Counted from the stretch's first letter, positions 22,371 to 34,381 are shown. The stretch: DNA of 64,000 nucleotides from an uncultured Planctomycetaceae bacterium (GCA_963815195.1 CAWFGE010000012.1:96001-160000), one strand, 5' to 3'. Numbers and translations: made by a program. Notes: generated by a model not told the origin, from the letters alone.

Positions 22371-23405
22371 ATGCTGCGACCGACGACCGACGGCCCACAC
22401 ATCCAGATTTATGACGAATGGGCCGGCCGGGTGCTCGACGGGGAAACGCTCTCGCGCAAGGAGGCTTTGGCGATTCTGCATACGTCCGATGACGACGTGC
22501 TCGAGTTGCTCGCGGCGGCGTTTCGGGTTCGCCGGGCCCACTTCGGCCGGGAGGTGCAGCTTTATTATCTGAAAAACGCCAAAAGCGGCCTGTGCCCCGA
22601 AGACTGCGGCTACTGCTCCCAAGGCAAAGACGCGACCTCGGACATCGACCGCTATGTGATGCAGAGCGAAACTCAACTCCTCGAGGCGGCGAAACAGGCG
22701 GCCAAATCGAACGCCCGCACTTATTGCATCGTCGCCAGCGGCCGGGGCCCCACGAACCGCGAAATCGAGCACGTCGCGAACGTCGTCCGGAAAGTCAAAT
22801 CCGAGTACGGACTTCACATCTGCTGCTGCCTCGGCCTGTTGACGCCGGATCAGGCTCTGAAACTCAAAGCGGCCGGGGTGGACCGGATCAATCACAACCT
22901 CAACACCAGCCGGCGATTCTATCCCGAGATCTGCACGACCCACACCTACCAGGACCGCCTGGAAACGCTCCGCGTGGCGCAGGGGGCCGGCATGGAACTC
23001 TGCAGCGGCCTGATCGTCGGCATGGGCGAGACGGACGAGGATCTCGTGGACGTGGCGATGGAATTGCAGACTTTGAACGTCCAATCGATTCCCGTGAACT
23101 TCCTGATCTCGATCGAAGGCACGCCCCTCGAAAATCTGCACCGCCTCAATCCGCGGTATTGCCTCAAGGTGCTTTGTCTTTTGCGGTTGACGAATCCCGC
23201 GGTCGAAATCCGCATCGCCGGCGGCCGGGAGGTGCAGCTTCGCTCGATGCAGGCGATGGGCCTTTACGCGGCGAACTCGATGTTCGTCAGCGACTACCTC
23301 ACCACCCCCGGCCAGGCCGCCGAGGCGGATTTCCAGATGATCGAAGACCTGGGCTTCGAAATCGTCCTGGCCGGCGCGGAAACTTCCCGCCCCGGCCAGA
23401 TTTGA
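22371..23405 (+). CDS. bioB: Biotin synthase
   Basis: [14 protein letters not shown] radical-SAM motif, [27 protein letters not shown] and ANSMF..DYLTT. Confidence 0.95.
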   Translation: MLRPTTDGPHIQIYDEWAGRVLDGETLSRKEALAILHTSDDDVLELLAAAFRVRRAHFGREVQLYYLKNAKSGLCPEDCGYCSQGKDATSDIDRYVMQSETQLLEAAKQAAKSNARTYCIVASGRGPTNREIEHVANVVRKVKSEYGLHICCCLGLLTPDQALKLKAAGVDRINHNLNTSRRFYPEICTTHTYQDRLETLRVAQGAGMELCSGLIVGMGETDEDLVDVAMELQTLNVQSIPVNFLISIEGTPLENLHRLNPRYCLKVLCLLRLTNPAVEIRIAGGREVQLRSMQAMGLYAANSMFVSDYLTTPGQAAEADFQMIEDLGFEIVLAGAETSRPGQI

Positions 23406-23430
23406 ACGACGATGCCGAAACCCCGACGGC

Positions 23431-23904
23431 TCAAGGGCCGTTCGCCTGCCGGCTTTCGGATGGGATTATTTTGTTCGCGGCTGCCTTGGGCACCTCGAAA
23501 TCCCGGCTGGACTCCTGCTTCGGAAGATCGGCGGTCATTTCGTAGGTGGGAAACAGCGATTTGACGATCTCCTCGCCGGAGGCATCTTTGGTTTTGCTGG
23601 CAGGGTCCAGGCCTTCGATTTTGATGATCATCGGGCCGGACGCGTGGCCTTTCCCGCCGGCCAGCCTGGTGTCGAACTTGCCATCGTGGATTTGGGCAAA
23701 ACCGGCGGGGCCGCCATTGTTTTTGCCGCCGTCGGGCATGAAGTAGATCTGGCCCGCGGGAATTGGCTTTCCGTCGAATTTCACGGTGCCTGAAAGCTGG
23801 TAGGTTTCCGGTTCCGCTTCGCCGCAGCCGGCGAGCCAACACGCCACGATTGCCGCCAGAAGGCCGGAACGACGCAACGTCGCGCGGGACGTACGCTGGG
23901 ACAT
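23431..23904 (-). CDS. Lipoprotein with carboxypeptidase-regulatory-like fold (typical DUF1559 partner)
   Basis: Lipobox [23 protein letters not shown] and I.DGKF. Confidence 0.8.
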   Translation of the reverse strand: MSQRTSRATLRRSGLLAAIVACWLAGCGEAEPETYQLSGTVKFDGKPIPAGQIYFMPDGGKNNGGPAGFAQIHDGKFDTRLAGGKGHASGPMIIKIEGLDPASKTKDASGEEIVKSLFPTYEMTADLPKQESSRDFEVPKAAANKIIPSESRQANGP

Positions 23905-24054
23905 GATTATGATTCTCCTTGGGAAGTTTCTTGAAAGGGATCGCGACACGATTTCGCGCGCCACCGGCAACTTCTTGCCGGTGCGATCGACCGACAGATG
24001 GCACCGGCGGAAAAGCTGCCGATGCCACCCGGTCGATGCACGATTGAAGGAGCC

Positions 24055-25072
24055 TTACGGGACCTGCGTGGCCTCTTGGGAAGCGCGCGTCGCCAGGGTC
24101 TGATAAACCTGGAAGTTGACGTTCTGGCTGAGAAATCGCGTGCTGCCGTCGCCCAGCAAGAAATGGCATCCGCCGGTGTGGTTGGAGCCGAAGCTGATGT
24201 CGTTGAAGTTGTTCGATCCGTTGTAGTAGGTGGAGTTGATGGGATAGGCGATGCTCTTGGTCGTGCCCGAACCGCCGTTGTTTCCGCGGATCCAGCTCCC
24301 GGTAGTCGTTGCTTTGGCCGCCGGGGAGCGTCATGGAGCGTTCGGCCACCATCAGCGTGTTGGTGGAGCCGTCGAGCATTTCTTTGAAGGACGTATAAAA
24401 CTTGGTGGTAATGCTGCCCGTCTGATCCTTATATTGGCACAACATCCCATCGCAGGGATACGCCCCGTTCCCGGTCGAACCTCCGACCCGGAGGGTGTAG
24501 TTCTTGCCGTTGAAGGTGAACGTTTGCGGGTCCCCGTTTCGCAGGTTGGGCCCCATGATCCCGTAATAGTGGGTCGAATAATTGTTGATTCCGTTGGACC
24601 TCTCGCCGCTGTTGCCGCTGCGGCCCGCCGAACTGTCCGGGTCCGGTCCGGAAGGACAGTACAGGATGGGAACCTTCATATTTCCGACCGCCAGGTTTGC
24701 GGTGGAATTGTAGCCCTGGTTGAAGTTGTAAAGCTTGTAGATATTGGCCTGGTCCATTTGCGGGAGAATGAAAACCAGCCAGGTCGTGCCTTTGAAAAAC
24801 CCGCTCGTGCAGAGGTTGTTCGAGGCCGGGCAGGTGTTTTCCTGGGCACCGGGCGGGAAATGGCCGTAGATTTCGTGGAAGTTGTGCAGAGCGATGCCGA
24901 GCTGCTTGAGGTTGTTTTTGCAGGTCGACCGCCGGGCCGCTTCCCGCGCTTGCTGAACAGCAGGCAGGAGCAGGGCGATCAGGATTGCAATGATGGCAAT
25001 CACCACCAGCAACTCGATCAAGGTGAATCCTCGTCTCTGACTCCGAGCGGGGCCAGGTCTTTTTGTTCTCAT
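24055..25072 (-). CDS. DUF1559 prepilin-type protein, frameshifted near 24300
   Basis: [48 protein letters not shown] and DGSTNT. The shifted frame contains [15 protein letters not shown] (H-X9-DG). Confidence 0.93.
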
Positions 25073-25317
25073 TAAACCGTCTCCGTGAAAAAGAAAAAGA
25101 ACGAAAACACGAAATTCGCAAAGGGAAAAATAAGTCGAATGAGAAGTCCGATATGCGTTCGGCGCGTACCCCGATCGCAAAGATCGGAAGTCGATCTGAA
25201 ATGGAAATAGAATCTCCCAAATACAAACCCCGCTCGCGATTGAAAAGGCTCGCCTGCGGGAAAAAATTTCAAAAAAAACCACCCGCGGCGGAACAAAGCA
25301 AACCCCCAAAACGGCCT

Positions 25318-25387
25318 GAGCCGCGCACGAAGTAAGCGATCTTTCGCTGTCTGAATCCCTGAAAACCGCTTACTTCGTGCGCGGCTC
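25318..25387. repeat. Perfect 21-bp inverted repeat (REP-like doublet or hairpin)
   Basis: gagccgcgcacgaagtaagcg-N28-cgcttacttcgtgcgcggctc. Confidence 0.8.
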
Positions 25388-25429
25388 TTGAAGGCCAAGC
25401 CAATTTCTTGACTTTTTTTGGAGGACTGT

Positions 25430-27806
25430 CTATGGAAGTCCGCCCTCGAGCGGCGAGGCCGGTTGGAGGCGGCGGCGCGAGCGGAGGGCGAGAACGCCGG
25501 CGACGACCAAAGCCGCGGCGAGCGCAAGGCCGGTCAAGAGCGCGTTCAAGACGAAGAACTGCCGCACCATGACCGCCAGCACGATGAGGCACAACAGCCC
25601 AAACCCCCAGCGGAATCGCCAGGCCATCAAGAGTTCGACCATCACCAATGCGAACACCGCCATCAATAGCCAGCGGGTGAGGCCGCCTCGCTCGGTTTGG
25701 GCGCTGTCCGCCACTTGCGGGCCGTCTTCCCAGCGGGTGAGGTGTTGGAATTTGACGCCGGGCAGAAGATCGCTTTCCAATTCCTTTCGGCCCACGTAGC
25801 TCAGCTTGCCCTCGAGGGGGTTCACGTTGACGGCGTACCATTCCGTGCGGTTGATGGGCGTTCCCAGTTTCAATTCGTAGATGCCCGCGCGATCGGTTTT
25901 TTCGTAGAAGACGCGGCTGAACTGTTTGGTCTCGGCCGGGCGAAGGGCGGTCTCCTCGCCGTCGGGCCGCGTGACCGTGATGGGGACGTTAAACGCCCGC
26001 ACGACCTGCGAAATCGGCTGGCCCACGAGTTTCTGGCGGTCGCTCCACCGCCCGGACACCGCGAAGCGGACCGACTCGTGCACGATCGGCAAAAAGCTGG
26101 TCTGCGGCTGCACCGGCCACGCCCCCCAGTCGCTCGCGGCGGAGGTGGTGAAAAGGATCACCCGGCCCTGCCCCAAAGGGGATTCCAGAATCGCAGGATC
26201 GGTGGTGTTCGTGAACTTCAGCACCTGCACCGCGCGGCTCGCCGCGGGAATTTCGACGGGGAAGTACCGGAAGATCAGCGTGTTTTCCAAGCCCGCGCCG
26301 GGATTGCCTTGGTACTGGTTGACGATCGGGTGCTCGAGATTCCGCCGGGTCGAAGGTGTAGAGCTTGTCCGGGTCGGGATTCTTGGCATCGCCGACCGCG
26401 GGCCGGAGCTTCACCGGCAAGACGCCTTTGCCGCCGTCGTAGAGCACCTGGTTGTAGTTCTGATATTTGACCTGGTCGCCTAATGTCATGATGAGGCCCC
26501 CGCCGCTTTCGACGTAGGATTTCAAAAGGGCGGCATCCTCCGGCGTGAACAGGCCGATGTTCGCGAGGATCACGCAGTCGTAGCGAAACAGGTCGGCGCT
26601 ACGCAGTTCGTTTTCCCCGATGATCGTCGGGCGGGTGACGCCGTCCCACGGCTGATTCACCGTTCGCGGCCGCAGGGCGGTCTCGAGATAATACGTGGCG
26701 TTTTCCGAAGGCCGGCCCCCGATCTTCCCGTTGACCAACAGCACATTGAGTTCATCTTTCACCGGCATCGACAAAAATCGGCTGTTGTCGATCGGAAGCG
26801 CATCGCCGGTGATGCGGGCTTCCAAGCGGTGCTCGCCCCGGCCGGAGAACGTGTAGTTGAACTCGACCGGCACTTCTTCGCCCGGCGGCAGATCGACCTG
26901 CCGGGTCTGCGCGAGCCGGCCGTCCACATGGAGTTCCACAAGCTGCTCGGAGACGAGCACGCTGCCCAGGTTGGTCACGTTGGCCTGCACATGCGCGGGA
27001 CGGCCCACGGTGACGAACGACTCGGTCGCGGCGAACTGCGTGACGGCCACGTTCGGAGCCGCGGACTGCCCGACATCCAAAAGCGACAGGCTCGCCTTGC
27101 TGGCCAGCTGCTGGAGCAATCGGCGAATCTGCACCCGCCGGCCGCTGGTATCCGGGGCCCAACTCGCCCGCTGAAAATCGCTGATGACGATGACCTCTTT
27201 CTGCGTGATCTCCGGGACCTCTTTGAGAAGCTGCTCCACATCCCGAAGTGCCGCCACCAGATCGCCCGTTTCGTGGCTTTGCCTCAGGTCTTCGAGTTCT
27301 TTGAGCACCTGGCTTTTCTGAAACGCCGGCTTCTGCACGATCACCCGCGGCGGCATGTCTCCCATCCGCACCAGGTTGAGGGCGTCGCCCTGCCGGGATC
27401 CCGACACGATCCGCCGGGCCGCGTCCTTCGCATGCTCGAACCGGCTGAACTCCGCCGGCTGAAACGCCATGCTGTAGGACGTATCGACCACGATAATCCG
27501 GTGCGTGGGCATGTCCGCCTGGAAGAACGTGCCGAAGGACGTCATGTAAGGCTGGGCGAGCGCGCACACCAAAAGCAGCAAGATCAGCACGCGGACCATC
27601 AGCAGGATCAGTTGCTCGATCCGGATCCGCCGGGAGTTCTTCCGCGCGGCCTCGATCAAAAACCGCATCGCCGCCCACGACGTCTCGCGGTATTTTCGCT
27701 TGTGCAGAAGATGGATCATGATGGGAATCCCCCCCAACAGCCCCCACCACAGCATCCCCATGCTGGCAAATCCATCAAACGCGAATAACGGCAACGGCAA
27801 ATTCAT
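25430..27806 (-). CDS. BatA/vWA-domain membrane protein with CARDB-like and GATase-like domains, frameshifted near 26340
   Basis: IPIMIHLL...WAAMRFL N-terminus, MIDAS DTSYSM, ISDFQ, D.LPIDN, YVESGGGL, and a C-terminal TM. Confidence 0.88.
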
Positions 27807-27833
27807 AATGGACGGTTTATTTCAGTTCGGGCG

Positions 27834-28097
27834 TTAACGCAAAGGCGCAAAGAGAAGACGCAAAGGGCACAAAGATTTCATGAGTCAATCTTTCCGCCGA
27901 TCCCAATCACACACTTCGATCTTGTTTCGCCCGGTTCATTTGCCAAGTCGAAAATCGCCTCGCATCAGACGCTTCCCCCAAGGGGAGGTGAAAGAGCGCG
28001 GACAAGAAATTCTTTAACACCGTCGTTGTTCCCCCCTGACTCTCCGGAAGAACCAAATTAGCATTAGTGTTCCCAAAGCTGTTTGCCTTTGCGTTAA
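27834..28097. repeat. 264-bp intergenic segment bounded by 13-bp inverted repeats TTAACGCAAAGGC (MITE/REP-like)
   Basis: 27834-27846 and 28085-28097 are exact reverse complements, with CGCAAAG sub-repeats at the left end. Confidence 0.5.
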
Positions 28098-28110
28098 GAT
28101 TAATGATCTT

Positions 28111-29300
28111 TTACTCACAGATCCCCAGGTCTTTGCCGACGGCGGCAAATTGGGTGACGGCGAATTCCAGGTCTTCCTGGGTATGGGCGGCGGAGATTTG
28201 GGTACGGATGCGAGCTTGTCCCTGCGGAACGACGGGATAGGAAAACCCGATCACGTAGATGCCCTTCTCCAACAAGGCGTCCGCCATTTTCGTGGCCAGG
28301 GCCGCGTCGCCGAGCAGGATCGGACAAATCGGATGCTCGCCGGGCAGGATCTGAAAACCGAGCCCCCCCATCTTTTCGCGGAAGAATTTCGTGTTCGCCT
28401 CCAGGCGGTCCCGGAGTAGGGTGGACTCCATCAGCAATTCTAGGGCGCGGAGGGAGCCTCCGACAATCGCCGGGGCCACGGTGTTCGAAAACAAATACGG
28501 CCGCGACCGCTGCCGGAGGAGTTCGATGATCTCTTTTCGCCCGCTCGTGTAGCCGCCGCTCGCGCCGCCCAGGGCTTTGCCCAAAGTGCCCGTGAGGATG
28601 TCCACCCGGTCCATGACGTGATGATATTCGTGCGTCCCTCGGCCGCGCAGCCCCATGAAGCCCACCGCGTGGGAATCGTCCACCATCACCAGCGAGTCGT
28701 ATTTCTCCGCCAGATCGCAAATGGCCGGCAGGTTGGCGATGTAACCGTCCATCGAAAACACCCCATCGGTGGCGATCAATCGAAACCGCGCGCCCTTCGC
28801 CGCCTGGAGCTGTTTTTCCAGATCCGCCATGTCGTTGTTTTGATAGCGAAACCGCTGGGCTTTGCATAAGCGGACGCCGTCGATGATGCTCGCGTGGTTG
28901 AGCGCATCCGAGAGCACCGCGTCCTCGGCTCCCAGCAGCGTCTCGAACAGCCCGCCGTTGGCATCGAAGCACGAGGTGTAAAGGATCGTGTCTTCCGTCC
29001 CCAAGAACTCGCTGATGCGGCGTTCCAGGTCTTTGTGAATCTGCTGCGTGCCGCAAATGAACCGCACCGACGCCATCCCGTAACCCCAGCGGTCGAGCGT
29101 TTCGTGGGCGGCTTTGACGATCTCGGGATGCTCCGCCAGGCCCAGGTAATTGTTGGCGCACATGTTGAGCACCGCGCACCCCCGGCGACGGCGATGTGGG
29201 CATCCTGCGGCGTGGTAATCACCCGCTCGGCTTTGTACAAACCCGCAGCGCGGATTTGATCGAGTTCATCAAGAATCTGCCGCCGCATCGCCCCAAACAT
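28111..29300 (-). CDS. kbl: Glycine C-acetyltransferase (2-amino-3-ketobutyrate CoA ligase), frameshifted near 29180
   Basis: [50 protein letters not shown] and ARIRTQ. Confidence 0.92.
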
Positions 29301-29432
29301 CACCCACCTCCTCGAATATCGGACATGCCCATTCCCAGCTCAACTTTAGCAGTTCTCCCCAGCCACTGCATCATTGGGCGTCTGGCGGATGGAAATTGTG
29401 TGCGTGTGTGTTTTGCGTTTTGCCGCAGCCCC

Positions 29433-29477
29433 AATGCAAAAGCCAGGCCCCTTCTTTTGGGGCCTGGCTTTTGCATT
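29433..29477. terminator. Rho-independent terminator downstream of tatA genes (probably bidirectional)
   Basis: aatgcaaaagccaggcccc-N7-ggggcctggcttttgcatt, a perfect 19-bp inverted repeat. Confidence 0.8.
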
Positions 29478-29521
29478 TCGGAGCGAGGATCGCCGGTCGT
29501 TGCTCTGGCTTGTGTTCCGAC

Positions 29522-29822
29522 TCAAGCGGTCTGATCTTTGGGGGCTTGCGGGGCGGATTCCGGGGGCTCGAATTTGGGGGCGGTGGTTTCGGCCCGTTCT
29601 TCCGCGGGCACGGGCCGGCTGCTTGGGGCCGAGCTGTGGTCGTGAACCGCCCGGTTGACGTCGTCCTCGACGCCCGCGATGCCTTTCTTGAACTCCACGA
29701 TGCCTTTGCCCATGCTGCGGGCGACTTCGGGAAGACGCTTGCCAAACAACAACAGGGCGATGACTCCGATAATCATCATTTCCATCGGCCCGGGAGACTC
29801 CGATAAACGCCAAAATGCTCAT
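29522..29822 (-). CDS. tatA: TatA/TatE family subunit (probable indel near 29795)
   Basis: PGPMEMMIIGVIALLLFGKRLPEVARSMGKGIVEFKKG. Confidence 0.88.
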
Positions 29823-29885
29823 TGCCATTGCTCGATTCCTCAACTGATGATGGATGGGGAGTGTAAGTGGATAAACGAAACCCGT

Positions 29886-30098
29886 TCAGTTTTCCTGGTG
29901 CTCGTTCTCGCGGGGTTTGGCTTTGGCCTCGTCTTCGCCGTCTTTCATTCCGCTTTTGAACTCGGTGATGCTTCGGCCCACGCTCCGCATGGCTCCGGGG
30001 AGGCGGTTTCCAAACAACAGCAACACAATGCCCGCAATAATGGCCAACTCAAACGGGCCGGGCATTCCGATTCCAAAGGCAAGCAGCGAGAAATTCAT
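29886..30098 (-). CDS. tatA: TatA/TatE family subunit
   Basis: PGPFELAIIAGIVLLLFGNRLPGAMRSVGRSITEFKSG, with an aggag RBS. Confidence 0.9.
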   Translation of the reverse strand: MNFSLLAFGIGMPGPFELAIIAGIVLLLFGNRLPGAMRSVGRSITEFKSGMKDGEDEAKAKPRENEHQEN

Positions 30099-30307
30099 GA
30101 AAGCTCCTCCGGCGGGAAAGGTGGATGTTCCGTGGACAAAGCCTTAGGGGAACAACTGGAGACAGTTGAGGAATGGATGGGCAGGTGGAGAGAATGAGCC
30201 AAACCAGCAGAACACCCAAACCTCAAACGGCAGGCTTCGATTGTGTTGGATGTCCACTCGGAAGGCCCGCTGATGGCAGAGCAGGTGGGATGAGCGGATG
30301 TAGCATT

Positions 30308-30335
30308 ATCATACCCGCCCAAAACCGCATGTCAA
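30308..30335 (-). promoter_or_regulatory. Putative sigma-70 promoter for tatA-tatA
   Basis: TTGACA-N16-TATGAT on the minus strand, ~210 bp upstream of tatA. Confidence 0.5.
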
Positions 30336-30390
30336 CGGTCAATTTCCCAGAATCCGCCGGCCTCGCCCGCGGCGCGATCGTCGCCTCGGC

Positions 30391-30662
30391 CTAAAGGTGA
30401 AGTGGCGGTTGAACGGTTTCTTCTTCCATTCTTCGTTTGGATTCGCGGATTTCACCCAAGGCGTTTCGCAGCAACTGAAGGCCGATTAGGGCGGTCGCGA
30501 GAGAGTAAACCCCGATGGCAAAATACTCCTGCTGGGAGGCCCTGATCCACCGGAATTTCACCGCGACCGAAGTCGTCAATAACGGAAGCCGTTATGGCTG
30601 ACGATTTCCCTCACCGTCGCACCGCAGTCCGGGCAACGTGTGATCTCGATATGCGTCTGCAT
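30391..30662 (-). CDS. Small hypothetical protein (CxxC plus TM), probably frameshifted or degenerate
   Basis: MQTHIEITRCPDCGA in one frame, then a TM-like YFAIGVYSLATALIGLQLL in another. Confidence 0.3.
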
Positions 30663-30730
30663 TTTCAGTGATCCTGCGCTCTGGCCTCTGCTCGGAATGT
30701 TGAAAAGGATAACCCAATTCCTTCAGAGAA

Positions 30731-31185
30731 TCACTCCAAAACCGTCAGCGGGCGGGCGGTGCCGGCCCGTTTGGGCAAGGGCAAAAACCGGCCGATGGAA
30801 AACTTGCCCGGCCCGACGAGCAGAATCGGCAATAAAAGGCCGATGAGGGCCAGGTTGTATTCGTAGCCTTGGTTCGCGAGAAAGAACCCCTTCTCGCCGT
30901 GGACCATGGCGATCGCTCCGATCATGATCACGATGTTCGAGGCGGCCGAGAAGCGGGCTAAAAAGCCGACGACAATTCCCGCCCCGCCCAGACACTCCCC
31001 GACCGCGACCAGGTAACCGATCGGCCCCATCGCTTTCACGAACGCTTCCAAGCCCGGCCCGCCGAAGGCTCCGAACAATTTCTGCGCCCGTGGGCGGCAA
31101 AGATCGCCCCCACGACCACCCGCATCGCCAATAAGGAAATCTCCACCGCCCAGCGGTCCTGCTGTTGTGTTCCGTCGGTGCTCAT
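30731..31185 (-). CDS. DoxX family membrane protein, frameshifted near 31090
   Basis: RVVVGAIFAAHG/AQKLFG, GE..GG, GYEYNL and GPGKFS. Confidence 0.88.
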
Positions 31186-31379
31186 CTGCTGCTTCCTCTT
31201 TGGTGAATCGATTTTGGCATTGAATTTCCCCCACCCATTGTCGCGAACTTTATCCCAAAGCGAAACCTTCAGAGACCGTATGCCTCGATCTGGGCGGAAT
31301 CGGTGCGAATCGGGTTTGGATTGTGTATGCTGGCGGGGGTTGGATTCTTTGGTTCTTCCACCACGAATGAGGTTCGCCA

Positions 31380-32520
31380 ATGGTTGTTCGATTTTCTTCC
31401 GCCGCGATATTGATTGCGTTGACGGTCTGTCAGGGGGCGGTTTTGTTTGCGGACGAGGCCGAATTTCAGCCGCTGTTTAACGGGAAGAACCTGGACGGCT
31501 GGGTCCGCGTGAATACCGCGCCTTCGACCTGGCGCGTGGAAGACGGGATGGTGATCTGCTCGGGCAAGCCCATCGGCGAATTGCGGACCGAGCGGATGTA
31601 TCAGAACTTTATCTTGGAGACTCGAATGGCGGCACATGAAGCCAGCGGGGAACGCGGGCGTGTTTATCTGGGCCGACGACATCACCGCGCGGGGTGTGCC
31701 GTTTCATCGCGGGATCGAAGTTCAGGTGTTGGAAAACGCCTACGGCAACACGAAGAGCCACACCACCCACGGCGACATCTTTCCGATCCACGGGGCGACG
31801 ATGACGCCGATCAACGGCCGCGGCGGCAGCCGGGCGTTTCCCACCGAGTCCCGTTCCAAGCCCAGCCCCGAGTGGAACCATTACCGCATCGAATGCCGGG
31901 ACGGAGAAATCTCCCTCGCCGTCAACGGCAAAGTCGTCACCCGCGGTAAGGATTGCAACCCGAGGAAAGGCTACATCTGCCTGGAGTCCGAAGGCGGCCT
32001 CGTCAATTACCGCAACCTGAAAATCATGGAACTTCCCGACACGCCGATCGATCCCCAATACATCGCCACCGCGAACCGGGATTTTCGGTCGCTGTATTCG
32101 GGCATCGATTTGAGCGGGTGGAAAGCCGAGGGCGACGGCTGGAAATCCCAGGATTGGATTCTCGCCCACAACGGAAACAGCCCCGGCACGCTGACCACCG
32201 CGGAAGACTTCGGCGACGTCGGCTTCGTGTTCGATGTCCGCCTCAATAAAGACAGTCAAAACACCTCCGCGACCTTGCGGGGCGTCGACATCCCGATCAC
32301 AGCGGATGAACCGGCGATTTCAAAACACCTGGAACGGACCGGATGGAACCGCTTTGAAGGCGAACTTCAAAACGGCCGGCTCTCCCTGAAACTCAACGGA
32401 AAAACCGTGTGGACCGACAAGGACGTGTCCGCCTCCAAAACCGGCCCCTTAAAACTCCAAGCCCAAGGTCCGGTGCAGTTCGCCAACATCTATGTCCGCA
32501 AGCTGAAACCTGCACCGTAA
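31380..32520 (+). CDS. DUF1080 (3-keto-disaccharide hydrolase-like) exported protein, frameshifted near 31620
   Basis: LFNGKNLDGW, W.VEDG, GNAGVF, EVQVL, EWNHY and GYICLESEG, plus a degenerate second repeat. Confidence 0.88.
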
Positions 32521-32603
32521 GAAGCCATTGACGTAACGCCCGCGGCGGTTATTCTAATGGTAGGTTCTTCCGGCTCTTGACGGGTTGGAATCTTTTGGCA
32601 ACG

Positions 32604-32641
32604 AATGCCTTCCCTCCACCATTCGGGAAGGCATTTTGTTT
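32604..32641 (+). terminator. Rho-independent terminator
   Basis: aatgccttccc-N10-gggaaggcatt followed by a T-rich tract. Confidence 0.6.
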
Positions 32642-32779
32642 GCGCGGTCCTTTGTACCATAAAGCCAACGCGCACGGTTTGGATATTGAGATTTCGGTCA
32701 TTGGAGCTTGTTTCGGATTTCGAGATTCGGATTTCGGATTTTTGGCGCAGAATGGCGCACGGTTTTTGGACGGTGTGAC

Positions 32780-33208
32780 ATGCTTTCGCGATTTCAGCAT
32801 ATTCTCGTTCCGCTGGATTTTTCCGAGAAGAACCAGGCGGCTTTGGACGTGGCGTTTGAACTGGCGGTGACCAACGAGGCCCGCGTGACCCTGCTGCACG
32901 TCATCGAGACCCTCGACTTGCCCGATGACCCGGAAGTGGAGCAGTTCGTCGGGCACCTGCGGGAACGGGCCGACCGGGAATTGGAGTTTTGCACCAGCGG
33001 TTCGCCGACGCCAAGCTGGCGGTGGAGTGGAAAATTCGCCTGGGAAAACGGGCGCAGGGAGATCGCGGCTTACGAGGCGGAGCACGACATCGACCTCATC
33101 GTGCTCAGTTCGCATCCCATCAACCCGGACGACCCCGGCGGCAGCCTGGCCACGCTGAGTTACCAGGTCGCCCTGTTGTCGCGGTGCCCGGTGTTGTTGG
33201 TCAAATAG
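32780..33208 (+). CDS. Universal stress protein (two compensating indels near 32990 and 33055)
   Basis: FQHILVPLDFSE, TLLHVI, DLIVLSSH and CPVLLVK. Confidence 0.88.
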   Translation: MLSRFQHILVPLDFSEKNQAALDVAFELAVTNEARVTLLHVIETLDLPDDPEVEQFVGHLRERADRELEFCTSGSPTPSWRWSGKFAWENGRREIAAYEAEHDIDLIVLSSHPINPDDPGGSLATLSYQVALLSRCPVLLVK

Positions 33209-33316
33209 CGGAGAGCGGAGAGCCGAACCTAATCTTCTGGCTCTCCGCTCTTGGCTCTCCGCTTTATAGAATCAACGTGTCATTTACGCCAGAACTTTGT
33301 TGAAAGGAACACGTCT

Positions 33317-33835
33317 ATGGAACCTCAAATGGACGATTTAAAACCCATGCCCCGCGCGGAAAATTTTATGACCACCCACGTCGAGACCATCACTCCGGAA
33401 ATGCCCTTGGCATCGATTATTCAATTCCTGGAGGAGCACAAGGTGTCCAACGCCCCGGTCGTGGAAATGAAAGGGGAAGCGAAGATGCTCGTGGGATTCG
33501 TGTCCGAGCGGGAGTGCCTGGAATTCCTGGCCAACGAATCGTTTTTCGGTTCGCCCAGCCCCCCGCAGACGGCGGCGACGATCATGCGTCGGCATCCGGT
33601 CTGCGTGCAGCCGGAGACCGAGGTCTTCACGCTCGCGTCGATTTTCGTCAGCCACGGCTACCGCCATTTGCCCGTCGTGGACAACGGCCGGCTCGTGGGC
33701 ATCGTCAGCCGGCGAGACATTCTCAAAGCGATGGACGAGTATTACCGGAAAATCCTGCGGGAAAAAGACCGGGAACGGCAGCACCCCGATTACAGTGAAA
33801 TCATGCAGCAGCGGTTCGTCGTGTCGAGCCGATAA
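33317..33835 (+). CDS. CBS-domain pair protein
   Basis: FMT...APVV...LVGFVSERE and IM...RHLPVVD.GRLVGIVSRRDIL. Confidence 0.9.
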   Translation: MEPQMDDLKPMPRAENFMTTHVETITPEMPLASIIQFLEEHKVSNAPVVEMKGEAKMLVGFVSERECLEFLANESFFGSPSPPQTAATIMRRHPVCVQPETEVFTLASIFVSHGYRHLPVVDNGRLVGIVSRRDILKAMDEYYRKILREKDRERQHPDYSEIMQQRFVVSSR

Positions 33836-33919
33836 GGGGTTCGGCGCCGTGGTCGGATGTGATAGGATGAGGTCGGGATTCCCACTTCGACTTTTGATTT
33901 TTGACCAGACCGATTTCTC

Positions 33920-34381
33920 ATGACCTCTTCCCTGCCGACGCCCTCGCGGGATGATGATACGCTGATCGTCCGCCCGGGACTGGAGATTCCGACTAGCGAG
34001 TTCGAGTTTACGTTCATGCGGAGTTCGGGGCCGGGCGGGCAGAACGTCAACAAGGTCAGCACAAAGGCCCGCCTCCGCTGGCCGGTGGAGGAAACCGAGA
34101 GCCTGCCCGAAGCTGTCAAGGAGCGGTTCACCAAACGCTATCGCCGGCGGATGACCAACGAAGGCGAACTGGTTCTGACCAGCCAGCGCTACCGCGACCA
34201 GACGAAGAACGTGGGCGACTGTTTGCTCAAGCTCCGCGAGCTGATCGACGCGGTCGTGGATGTCCCCAAGCCCCGCAAGAAGACCAAGCCCTCGCGCGGC
34301 TCGAAAGAACGCCGGCTCAAACAAAAACGCGAGCGCTCCGCGCGGAAGGAACTCCGCAAACCGCCCCGCCGCGCGGAATAG
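33920..34381 (+). CDS. arfB: Alternative ribosome rescue factor ArfB (peptidyl-tRNA hydrolase)
   Basis: SSGPGGQNVNKVST and a basic tail RKKTKPSRGSKERRL..K...S..K..R. Confidence 0.93.
   Translation: MTSSLPTPSRDDDTLIVRPGLEIPTSEFEFTFMRSSGPGGQNVNKVSTKARLRWPVEETESLPEAVKERFTKRYRRRMTNEGELVLTSQRYRDQTKNVGDCLLKLRELIDAVVDVPKPRKKTKPSRGSKERRLKQKRERSARKELRKPPRRAE

Noticed and set aside
23294..25309. 671-aa DUF1559 fusion protein
   Set aside because: It is an artefact of the frameshift near 24300. The true C-terminus with H-X9-DG ends at 24055.
28111..29300. BioF, given the nearby bioB
   Set aside because: The [18 protein letters not shown] and ARIRTQ signatures fit Kbl better.
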